Shown here: positions 1 through 6,598 of the stretch, piece after piece
Layout of the letters: each line of letters starts with the position of its first letter
Numbering within the stretch: position 1 is the first letter of the stretch
Source of the DNA: a virus
Lineage: Duplodnaviria; Heunggongvirae; Uroviricota; Caudoviricetes
Reading direction: 5' to 3' (one strand)
Virus record (IMG/VR): IMGVR_UViG_2695420792_000007
Length of the DNA: 9,373 nt
Notes under the pieces: generated by a model
Databases searched by the model: none
What the model was told of the DNA's origin: nothing
What the model saw: the letters and a program-made list of their open reading frames with translations, nothing else
Program-made: the position numbers and the translations under genes

Positions 1-344
1 GCCATCATGAAAGTTAATTGCGTGTCCCGCACCTCCGCCTATATTCCCGGCAAACTGAGAAAAGTTTGTAGCTTCCTGCCAGCTTAATAATTCGCGACCA
101 CCGTCTGCACCTCGCCCGTCATCCCAGATACGAATGAAATCACCGCGGGCTTCAGGTAATACCAGCGAAGGAAACACTTTCGCCAGCACAGGATAATCAG
201 TGGCAGAGAATTTCGCGCCGTTGAACTTCAAAAACACCATACTGGACCAGCTGTCGATTACAGTATTTGGCATTGCAGCGGACGGCCAGAAGAACGGAAC
301 GCCAATAGCTGGAGCACCTTCTCCCAAACCAACGTTTAAGAAAA
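1..344 (-). CDS. Phage tail fibre variable C-terminal cassette 'a' (partial; runs off the window start; silent orientation with no upstream constant part in the window)
   Basis: Manual minus-strand translation from the crossover site down to base 1 is open with no stops: ...GLGEGAPAIGVPFFWPSAAMPNTVIDSWSSMVFLKFNGAKFSATDYPVLAKVFPSLVLPEARGDFIRIWDDGRGADGGRELLSWQEATNFSQFAGNIGGGAGHAINFHDG. This matches the phage tail-collar motif pattern of P2 H / Mu S / P1 S tail-fibre C-termini (recalled). Upstream on this strand is the antisense of the invertase leader, so no promoter or constant part is attached here. Confidence 0.7.
319..344. other. 26-bp inversion crossover site (hix/gix/cix-like), copy 1
   Basis: Sequence TTCTCCCAAACCAACGTTTAAGAAAA is an imperfect palindrome with AAACC..AA..CGTTT halves, closely resembling hixL TTCTTGAAAACCAAGGTTTTTGATAA (recalled). 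It sits directly upstream of the invertase and inside the tail-fibre reading frame, as in Mu G / P1 C / e14 P segments. Confidence 0.65.
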
Positions 345-399
345 TGCAGAGGTAACAGCTAACTGGCATCATCTCCGGTTTTTATTCAGGGGGATGATC

Positions 400-966
400 A
401 TGCTTATTGGCTATGTACGCGTGTCAACAAATGACCAGAACACCGATTTGCAACGTAATGCACTGAACTGCGCGGGATGTGAGCGGATTTTTGAGGACAA
501 AATCAGTGGCACTAAGTCCGACAGACCGGGGCTGAAAAAACTACTCAGGACACTATCGGCAGGAGACACGCTGGTTGTCTGGAAGCTGGACAGGTTGGGG
601 CGCAGTATGCGGCATCTTGTTACGCTGATAGAAGAGTTGCGCCAGCGTGGTGTGAATTTCAGAAGCCTGACTGACAGTATTGATACCAGTACCCCAATGG
701 GCCGTTTCTTTTTTCATGTCATGGGTGCCCTGGCTGAAATGGAACGCGAACTGATAGTTGAACGTACCAGGGCAGGGCTGGCTGCAGCTCGTGCCAAAGG
801 CAGAGTAGGTGGACGCCGTCCTAAGTTGACCACCGAACAGTGGGCACAGATTGGGCGTTTACTCGAGGCCGGAGAATCAAGACAGCGTATTGCACTGATT
901 TTTGATGTAGGCGTTTCTACCATTTATAGAAAATTTCCGGCAAATAAGATCAATGAATCCCCCTGA
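400..966 (+). CDS. pin: Serine DNA invertase, Gin/Hin/Cin/Pin family, copy 1
   Basis: Translation MLIGYVRVSTNDQNTDLQRNALNCAGCERIFEDK...SLTDSIDTSTPMGRFFFHVMGALAEMERELIVERT is near-identical in its N-terminal half to Gin/Pin as recalled, with the catalytic Ser in VRVSTNDQ. Start is placed at the second ATG (400) because homologues begin MLIGY and AGGGGG at 388-393 sits 6 nt upstream; the ORF track uses the ATG at 394. Confidence 0.9.
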   Translation: MLIGYVRVSTNDQNTDLQRNALNCAGCERIFEDKISGTKSDRPGLKKLLRTLSAGDTLVVWKLDRLGRSMRHLVTLIEELRQRGVNFRSLTDSIDTSTPMGRFFFHVMGALAEMERELIVERTRAGLAAARAKGRVGGRRPKLTTEQWAQIGRLLEAGESRQRIALIFDVGVSTIYRKFPANKINESP

Positions 967-1004
967 ATCAGCATTATGTTGATTATCCCTGCAAGCAGAC
1001 AAAT

Positions 1005-1022
1005 ACCGTTATTTTGTGTGAA
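1005..1022 (+). promoter_or_regulatory. TGT-N12-ACA Ogr/Delta-type activator box of a putative late promoter (PF-like) upstream of the sheath gene, copy 1
   Basis: TGTgtgaataacgacACA lies about 100 bp upstream of the FI-like start codon, where the P2 F-operon late promoter is expected. P2/P4 late promoters carry a TGT-N12-ACA element near -55 (established knowledge). The -10/-35 elements were not confidently located. Confidence 0.5.
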
Positions 1023-1108
1023 TAACGACACAACTGCGCTTAGCTGTTTGTCAGGCACAATCACTTCAACATAGGGCGAAGCCTAATCCAATCAGGAGGT
1101 TCGCCACT

Positions 1109-1282
1109 ATGGCTCAGGATTACCACCACGGGGTGCGCGTTGTTGAAGTCAACGAAGGCACCCGATCTATTACCACGGTGAGCACCGCCATCGTGGGTAT
1201 GGTCTGCACGGGCGATGATGCCGATGCAAAAATGTTTCCTCTTAATAAACCCGTGCTGATCACTGATGTGCTGACTGCCAGC
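1109..1282 (+). pseudogene. Tail sheath protein (P2 FI-like) 5' fragment, about 58 codons, copy 1
   Basis: AGGAGG at 1093-1098 precedes the ATG at 1109. [58 protein letters not shown] matches the recalled P2 FI N-terminus (MSDYHHGVQVLEINEGTR...[10 protein letters not shown]...). After 1282 the reading frame continues into the antisense of tail-fibre genes, so the 140-aa ORF in the track is not a real sheath protein. Confidence 0.75.
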
Positions 1283-1458
1283 ACTGGTTTTCCATTCAGT
1301 GTTCCAATCTGTTTTCCTGGTGGAATATCCATAAATAACTTTTTATGTTCTTCCTCACTGACTATTACACCATCATCAGGCCACAGACCTGATGCCTCAA
1401 ATTTTTCTTTCTCCGATATGGGGAAAAAGCCATTTGCTTTAGCGCTCCATACGTACAT
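1283..1458 (-). pseudogene. Tail fibre assembly chaperone (Tfa/Caudo_TAP-like) N-terminal fragment, cut at the duplication junction
   Basis: Minus-strand ATG at 1456-1458 gives [58 protein letters not shown], the characteristic N-terminus of tail-fibre assembly proteins (YxxSAKxNAFYP...WPDDAVEV, recalled). It starts 1 nt after the stop of cassette 'b'. Homology ends at 1283, where the strand becomes antisense of the sheath gene. Confidence 0.65.
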
Positions 1459-1459
1459 A

Positions 1460-1767
1460 TCAATACCCCACCGCTATAATGTCCACATTAAATCCCCCGG
1501 GACCTGCCTGCCAGATGCTGGCCCCTGTTAATGATTTTGTTTGATGAACAACCGCCACATTTGCTGGCGATTGTGTTTCAGTTGTTACAGTACCGATATC
1601 ATTCCAGTTAATTGAGATGGAATAGTTCGTTGTTGTAAACGACCGGGGGAAAGTTATGTGTCTTACATTGGTGCCAACAGGAAATCCAAGATAAACACGC
1701 TGAATTATCATTCCTCCAGGTAACATAACCCAGTTAGCACCTTCTCCCAAACCAACGTTTAAGAAAA
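1460..1767 (-). CDS. Phage tail fibre variable C-terminal cassette 'b' (silent orientation), read through crossover site copy 2
   Basis: Minus-strand frame is open from the crossover site to the TGA at 1460-1462: ...[97 protein letters not shown]. It shares the GLGEGA junction with cassette 'a' and then diverges completely, and is followed by a Tfa-type gene, as in Mu Sv-U units. The track ORF start at 1795 is an antisense artefact of the invertase leader. Confidence 0.6.
1742..1767. other. 26-bp inversion crossover site (hix/gix/cix-like), copy 2
   Basis: Same 26-bp sequence as 319-344, in direct (not inverted) orientation relative to copy 1. Confidence 0.65.
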
Positions 1768-1822
1768 TGCAGAGGTAACAGCTAACTGGCATCATCTCCG
1801 GTTTTTATTCAGGGGGATGATC

Positions 1823-2389
1823 ATGCTTATTGGCTATGTACGCGTGTCAACAAATGACCAGAACACCGATTTGCAACGTAATGCACTGAACTGCGCGGGA
1901 TGTGAGCGGATTTTTGAGGACAAAATCAGTGGCACTAAGTCCGACAGACCGGGGCTGAAAAAACTACTCAGGACACTATCGGCAGGAGACACGCTGGTTG
2001 TCTGGAAGCTGGACAGGTTGGGGCGCAGTATGCGGCATCTTGTTACGCTGATAGAAGAGTTGCGCCAGCGTGGTGTGAATTTCAGAAGCCTGACTGACAG
2101 TATTGATACCAGTACCCCAATGGGCCGTTTCTTTTTTCATGTCATGGGTGCCCTGGCTGAAATGGAACGCGAACTGATAGTTGAACGTACCAGGGCAGGG
2201 CTGGCTGCAGCTCGTGCCAAAGGCAGAGTAGGTGGACGCCGTCCTAAGTTGACCACCGAACAGTGGGCACAGATTGGGCGTTTACTCGAGGCCGGAGAAT
2301 CAAGACAGCGTATTGCACTGATTTTTGATGTAGGCGTTTCTACCATTTATAGAAAATTTCCGGCAAATAAGATCAATGAATCCCCCTGA
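1823..2389 (+). CDS. pin: Serine DNA invertase, Gin/Hin/Cin/Pin family, copy 2
   Basis: 190-aa translation in the ORF track is identical to copy 1; same start-codon reasoning (track start 1817). Confidence 0.9.
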   Translation: MLIGYVRVSTNDQNTDLQRNALNCAGCERIFEDKISGTKSDRPGLKKLLRTLSAGDTLVVWKLDRLGRSMRHLVTLIEELRQRGVNFRSLTDSIDTSTPMGRFFFHVMGALAEMERELIVERTRAGLAAARAKGRVGGRRPKLTTEQWAQIGRLLEAGESRQRIALIFDVGVSTIYRKFPANKINESP

Positions 2390-2427
2390 ATCAGCATTAT
2401 GTTGATTATCCCTGCAAGCAGACAAAT

Positions 2428-2445
2428 ACCGTTATTTTGTGTGAA
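2428..2445 (+). promoter_or_regulatory. TGT-N12-ACA Ogr/Delta-type activator box, copy 2
   Basis: Same sequence as 1005-1022, upstream of the second sheath start at 2532. Confidence 0.5.
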
Positions 2446-2531
2446 TAACGACACAACTGCGCTTAGCTGTTTGTCAGGCACAATCACTTCAACATAGGGC
2501 GAAGCCTAATCCAATCAGGAGGTTCGCCACT

Positions 2532-2915
2532 ATGGCTCAGGATTACCACCACGGGGTGCGCGTTGTTGAAGTCAACGAAGGCACCCGATCTATTACCACG
2601 GTGAGCACCGCCATCGTGGGTATGGTCTGCACGGGCGATGATGCCGATGCAAAAATGTTTCCTCTTAATAAACCCGTGCTGATCACTGATGTGCTGACTG
2701 CCAGCGGTAAAGCGGGTGAGTCAGGTACTCTGGCCCGTTCGCTGGATGCCATCGCTGACCAGGCAAAACCCGTGACCATTGTTGTGCGTGTGCCGCAGGG
2801 TGAAACGGAAGACGAAACCACGACCAATATCATCGGCGCAGTGACTGCTGAAGGTAAAAAAACAGGTATGAAAGCCCTGTTACCCGCAATATTGAACAGC
2901 TCGGTGATGCGCTGA
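2532..2915 (+). pseudogene. Tail sheath protein (P2 FI-like), truncated after about 117 codons
   Basis: [12 protein letters not shown]...[30 protein letters not shown]...[19 protein letters not shown] follows the recalled P2 FI sequence to about ...TGLKAML, then gives [10 protein letters not shown] and a stop. The ORF is 127 aa against about 396 aa recalled for P2 FI. Confidence 0.75.
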
Positions 2916-2935
2916 ACTATCTGGATGATAACGCC

Positions 2936-4984
2936 ATGTCGAAAGGGGCAGACATCATTGATGTCATGCAACGCCTGGGCGGTGTGGCTGATCGTCTGGA
3001 TTATCGTAAAGCGGCGGCGCTGGGTTCCACCTTTCTGACACTGGGCGCTGCGCCAGAGGTTGCAGCCAGTGCAGCAAACGCGATGGTGCGTGAATTGTCC
3101 ATTGCCACCATGCAAAGCAAGAGTTTCTTTGAAGGGATGAATCTGCTGAAACTCAATCCTGAAGTGATTGAAAAGCAGATGACGAAGGATGCGATGGGAA
3201 CTATCCAGCGCGTACTGGAGAAGGTGAACGCACTGCCGCAGGATAAACGTCTGTCTGCCATGACCATGTTGTTTGGTAAAGAGTTTGGCGATGACGCGGC
3301 GAAACTGGCAAACAACCTGCCGGAACTGCAGCGCCAGCTAAAACTGACAGCGGGCAATGATGCGCTCGGCTCCATGCAGAAAGAATCCGACATTAACAAG
3401 GACTCACTTTCTGCGCAGTGGTTGCTGGTCAAAACCGGAGCGCAGAACACCTTCAGCAGCCTGGGCGAAACGCTGCGCCAGCCGCTGATGGATATTCTGT
3501 ACACGGTGAAAAGCATCACGGGGGCGTTGCGCCGCTGGGTGGAAGCTAACCCGGAACTGACAGGCACACTGATGAAAGTAGCCGCTGTGGTGGCTGCGGT
3601 TACCGTAGGCCTCGGAACCTTAGCGGTGGCGCTGGCTGCAGTGCTGGGGCCGCTGGCAGTGATTCGTCTGGGATTCTCTGTGCTGGGTATCAAAACGTTA
3701 CCTTCCGTTACGGCAGCAGTAACCCGAACCAGCAGCGCGTTGTCCTGGCTGGCTGGCGCACCACTGGCACTGTTGCGACGCGGGCTTGCTTCATCGGGCA
3801 ACGCCGCAGGTTTACTTACTGCGCCGTTGTCGTCTTTGCGCCGCACGGCATTACTGACGGGAAATGTCCTGAAAACTGTAGCAGGTGCGCCGGTTGCACT
3901 TTTGCGGTCTGGATTATCCGGTTTACGTGCTGTTGCTGTGATGTTTATGAATCCTCTGGCGGTACTGCGCGGTGGACTGGCCGCCGCAGGCACGGTGCTG
4001 CGAGTACTGGCATCTGGTCCACTGGTGATGCTGCGCGTTGCCCTGTATGCCGTATCTGGTCTGTTAGGTGCTCTGCTCAGTCCGATAGGTCTTGTGGTTA
4101 CTGCACTGGCGGGCGTGGCGCTGGTTGTCTGGAAATACTGGCAACCCATCACCGCATTTCTTGGTGGCGTGGTGGAGGGATTCAAAGCGGCGGCAGGTCC
4201 CGTCAGTGAAGCATTCGAACCGCTTAAGCCCGTGTTCCAGTGGATTGGCGACAAAGTACAGGCGCTGTGGGGCTGGTTTACTGATCTGCTGACGCCCGTT
4301 AAGTCGACCTCTGCCGAACTGCAGAGTGCAGCGGCAATGGGGCGACGATTCGGGGAGGCACTGGCGGAAGGGCTAAATATGGTCATGCATCCGCTGGACT
4401 CCCTGAAATCCGGCGTTTCCTGGTTGCTGGAGAAGCTCGGCATTGTCAGTAAAGAGGTCGCAAAGGCAAAACTGCCGGAAAGCGTGACGCGTCAGCAACC
4501 TGCGACGGTGAATGCAGACGGTAAAGTGATGATGCCATCGGGTGGTTTTCCATCATGGGGATATGGCTTTGCGGGGATGTATGACAGCGGCGGGTATATC
4601 CCGCGCGGGCAGTTTGGCATCGTCGGTGAAAACGGGCCGGAAATTGTTAACGGCCCGGCAAATGTGACCAGCCGGAGAAATACAGCTGCACTGGCTGCCG
4701 TTGTTACCGGAATGATGGGAGTTGCTGCCGCGCCAGCAGAGCTTCCACCGTTGCACCCTTTGGCACTTCCCGCGAAAGGTGGAGAAGCAATTGTGAGTCG
4801 CGCAGCCACTGTGCCGCCCGTTTACAGGATTGAGGCACCGACGCAGATCATCATCCAGACGCAGCCAGGACAAAGTGCGCAGGATATTGCGCGGGAGGTG
4901 GCCCGCCAGCTTGATGAACGTGAACGCAGGCTGAAGGCAAAGGCCAGGAGTAACTACAGCGATCAGGGGGGATACGACGCATGA
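2936..4984 (+). CDS. Phage tail tape measure protein (P2 gpT-like), 5'-truncated; first in-frame ATG at 2936, frame open from 2858
   Basis: 682-aa ORF with a tape-measure-like N-region (...LGSTFLTLGAAPEVAASAANAMVRELSIATMQ...LFGKEFGDDAAKLANNLPELQRQL...), a central hydrophobic region with repeated PLxxLRxGL motifs, and a C-terminal Gly-rich end. The stop overlaps the gpU start (ATGA at 4981-4984). It is about 100+ residues shorter than the roughly 815 aa recalled for P2 T and has no RBS-equipped native start. Confidence 0.8.
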   Translation: MSKGADIIDVMQRLGGVADRLDYRKAAALGSTFLTLGAAPEVAASAANAMVRELSIATMQSKSFFEGMNLLKLNPEVIEKQMTKDAMGTIQRVLEKVNALPQDKRLSAMTMLFGKEFGDDAAKLANNLPELQRQLKLTAGNDALGSMQKESDINKDSLSAQWLLVKTGAQNTFSSLGETLRQPLMDILYTVKSITGALRRWVEANPELTGTLMKVAAVVAAVTVGLGTLAVALAAVLGPLAVIRLGFSVLGIKTLPSVTAAVTRTSSALSWLAGAPLALLRRGLASSGNAAGLLTAPLSSLRRTALLTGNVLKTVAGAPVALLRSGLSGLRAVAVMFMNPLAVLRGGLAAAGTVLRVLASGPLVMLRVALYAVSGLLGALLSPIGLVVTALAGVALVVWKYWQPITAFLGGVVEGFKAAAGPVSEAFEPLKPVFQWIGDKVQALWGWFTDLLTPVKSTSAELQSAAAMGRRFGEALAEGLNMVMHPLDSLKSGVSWLLEKLGIVSKEVAKAKLPESVTRQQPATVNADGKVMMPSGGFPSWGYGFAGMYDSGGYIPRGQFGIVGENGPEIVNGPANVTSRRNTAALAAVVTGMMGVAAAPAELPPLHPLALPAKGGEAIVSRAATVPPVYRIEAPTQIIIQTQPGQSAQDIAREVARQLDERERRLKAKARSNYSDQGGYDA

Positions 4985-5466
4985 TGATGGTGCTGGGATT
5001 GTACGTGTTTATGCTGCGCACCGTGCCGTATCAGGAACTGCAGTATCAGCGCAGCTGGCGACATGCGGCTAACAGCCGGGTAAATCGTCGTCCGTCCACG
5101 CAGTTTCTGGGACCGGACAACGACATGCTGACGCTTTCCGGTGTTCTTATGCCGGAGATAACAGGCGGCAGGCTGTCGTTGCTGGCACTGGAGCAGATGG
5201 CAGAACAGGGGAAAGCATGGCCTCTGATTGAAGGCAGCGGCACGATTTACGGCATGTATGTGATTGAGGGACTGAATCAGACTAAAACGGAGTTTTTCCG
5301 CGACGGTATGCCGCGCCGGATTGAGTTCACCCTGTCGCTCAAACGGGTGGATGAATCCCTGTCCGATATGTTCGGTGATCTCAGTGCGCAGCTGAATAAT
5401 CTGCAGGGAACGGCAACATCAGCCTTAAGCGATATCAGTAAAACGGTGGGAGGGCTTCTGTCGTGA
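4981..5466 (+). CDS. Phage tail protein gpU-like
   Basis: 161 aa, MMMVLGLYVFMLRTVPYQELQYQRSWRH..., matches the recalled P2 gpU N-terminus and length (about 159 aa). Start overlaps the T stop and the stop overlaps the D start (GTGA), indicating translational coupling in the F operon order T-U-D. Confidence 0.85.
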   Translation: MMMVLGLYVFMLRTVPYQELQYQRSWRHAANSRVNRRPSTQFLGPDNDMLTLSGVLMPEITGGRLSLLALEQMAEQGKAWPLIEGSGTIYGMYVIEGLNQTKTEFFRDGMPRRIEFTLSLKRVDESLSDMFGDLSAQLNNLQGTATSALSDISKTVGGLLS

Positions 5467-6209
5467 ATTTCAGCTCTGAACTGCTTAACAAAGGCAACAA
5501 AACTCCGGCATTCAGCATCAGTATTGAAGGCAGGGATATCACCACTGTGCTGGACAACCGCCTGATGGGGCTGACGCTGACGGATAACCGGGGATTTGAA
5601 GCGGACCAGCTTGATCTGGAGCTGGACGACGCCGATGGAAAAATCGTGCTGCCGCGCCGTGGTGCGGTCATTACGCTGGCGCTGGGCTGGAAGGGGCAGC
5701 CGCTTTTCCCGAAAGGGGCATTCACGGTGGACGAGATTGAACACACTGGCGCACCGGACCGCCTGACTATCCGGGCGCGAAGTGCTGATTTTCGGGAAAC
5801 CCTGAATACCCGCGAACCTGCGAAGAAAGAAAGCACCACGGTGAAGCGTAAGCGCAGAACTAAGAAGCAGAAGAAAGAGCCAGAAGCGAAGCAGGGCGAT
5901 TACCTGGTGGGTACGGATGAAAACGTGCTGGTACTTAATCGCACTTATGCCAACCGGAGCAACGCCGAACGAGCGGCGAAAATGCAGTGGGAACGCCTGC
6001 AACGCGGCGTTGCGTCATTCTCGCTACAACTGGCAGAAGGGCGGGCAGATCTCTACACGGAAATGCCAGTGAAAGTCAGTGGCTTTAAACAGCCGATAGA
6101 TGATGCGGAATGGACCATTACGACTCTGACGCATACCGTCAGCCCGGATAACGGTTTTACGACCAGTCTGGAGCTTGAAGTGAGGATTGATGATTTCGAA
6201 ATGGAATGA
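5463..6209 (+). CDS. Phage tail protein gpD-like (late gene D), apparently shortened by an internal in-frame deletion
   Basis: 248 aa from a GTG start. N-terminal (...LTDNRGFEADQLDLELDDADG...VDEIEHTGAPDRLTIRARSADFRETLN) and C-terminal (...WERLQRGVASFSLQLAEGRADLYTEMPVKVSGFK...GFTTSLELEVR) regions match recalled P2 gpD, but the protein is about 140 aa shorter than the roughly 387 aa recalled. Confidence 0.75.
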   Translation: MNFSSELLNKGNKTPAFSISIEGRDITTVLDNRLMGLTLTDNRGFEADQLDLELDDADGKIVLPRRGAVITLALGWKGQPLFPKGAFTVDEIEHTGAPDRLTIRARSADFRETLNTREPAKKESTTVKRKRRTKKQKKEPEAKQGDYLVGTDENVLVLNRTYANRSNAERAAKMQWERLQRGVASFSLQLAEGRADLYTEMPVKVSGFKQPIDDAEWTITTLTHTVSPDNGFTTSLELEVRIDDFEME

Positions 6210-6299
6210 TTCTTCGCAATGGAGAACTTTTAAGTTTGCAAAATGGAATAATGCGGTATCATTATTGTGAATTTAGCAAAAATGGGGAGAACTCGAAAA

Positions 6300-6518
6300 A
6301 TGATGATTTGCCCACTGTGTGGAAGTGCCGCCCATACTCGCAGCAGTTTTCAGGTATCTTCATTGACCAAAGAGCGTTACAACCAGTGCCAGAACATTAA
6401 CTGCAGCCATACTTTTGTTACCCATGAAACTTTTGTTCGTTCGATTGCAACGCCAAAAGAGTCAAATCCGGTTCAGCCGCATCCAATGAAATCAGGACAG
6501 GTGGCGCTCTCTCTTTGA
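6300..6518 (+). CDS. ogr: Ogr/Delta-family zinc-finger late transcription activator
   Basis: MMICPLCGSAAHTRSSFQVSSLTKERYNQCQNINCSHTFVTHETFVRSIATPKESNPVQPHPMKSGQ... has the CxxC...CxxxxC zinc-binding pattern and matches recalled P2 Ogr (72 aa, ...CPLCQHAAHARTS...KERYHQCQNVNCSATF...RPHP...SGQ). GGGGAGA at 6284-6290 sits 9 nt upstream of the ATG at 6300; the track's 83-aa ORF starts at an upstream GTG (6267) that is probably not used. Confidence 0.85.
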   Translation: MMICPLCGSAAHTRSSFQVSSLTKERYNQCQNINCSHTFVTHETFVRSIATPKESNPVQPHPMKSGQVALSL

Positions 6519-6598
6519 CGCTGCCGCCATTTTGTCGCCATCGTTAAAAAACAGTGTTTCTAACATCATGATTTTAAACAGCTTAAATTTCAGGCAAC

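Larger units (their letters stand above)
313..1282. repeat. 970-bp direct repeat, copy 1 (crossover site, invertase, late promoter, sheath 5' end)
   Basis: Bases 313-1282 match 1736-2705 at an offset of 1423 bp, as judged by eye and by identical protein translations. Boundaries are where the flanks diverge: 312/1735 on the left and 1283/2706 on the right. Confidence 0.85.
1736..2705. repeat. 970-bp direct repeat, copy 2
   Basis: See copy 1. Same content, 1423 bp downstream. Confidence 0.85.

Noticed and set aside
714-923. 69-aa minus-strand ORFs inside both invertase copies (714-923 and 2137-2346)
   Set aside because: Antisense within a highly conserved recombinase gene; Arg/Ala/Ser-rich composition typical of a spurious frame.
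1109-1531. 140-aa plus-strand ORF starting with the sheath N-terminus
   Set aside because: Only the first ~58 codons are sheath-like. The rest is read-through into the antisense of tail-fibre assembly and fibre genes, so it is a junction artefact rather than a functional gene.
313-2705. Possibility that the duplicated recombinase marks a transposon resolvase, IS element or CRISPR-like array
   Set aside because: The recombinase is specifically Gin/Hin-like with a hix-like 26-bp site and tail-fibre cassettes. There are no terminal inverted repeats, transposase, or short repeat-spacer periodicity; the repeat is a single 970-bp unit present twice.
2543-3115. 190-aa minus-strand ORF spanning the sheath/tape-measure junction
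   Set aside because: Antisense to the sheath and tape measure coding sequence; its C-terminus is simply the reverse translation of the sheath N-terminus. No independent support.
3001-4443. 480-aa minus-strand ORF antisense to the tape measure gene
   Set aside because: It lies entirely inside and opposite a well-supported structural gene. Its translation is low-complexity (Ser/Ala/Thr/Pro/Arg-rich), typical of antisense frames in GC-rich coding DNA, and it has no RBS or recognisable domain.
5277-6002. 241-aa and 134-aa minus-strand ORFs opposite gpU and gpD
   Set aside because: They overlap coupled, homologous phage genes on the other strand and have no start context or recognisable motif.
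6206-6400. 64-aa plus-strand ORF overlapping the ogr start
   Set aside because: Different frame from the conserved Ogr zinc finger; most likely just the ogr leader and promoter region.
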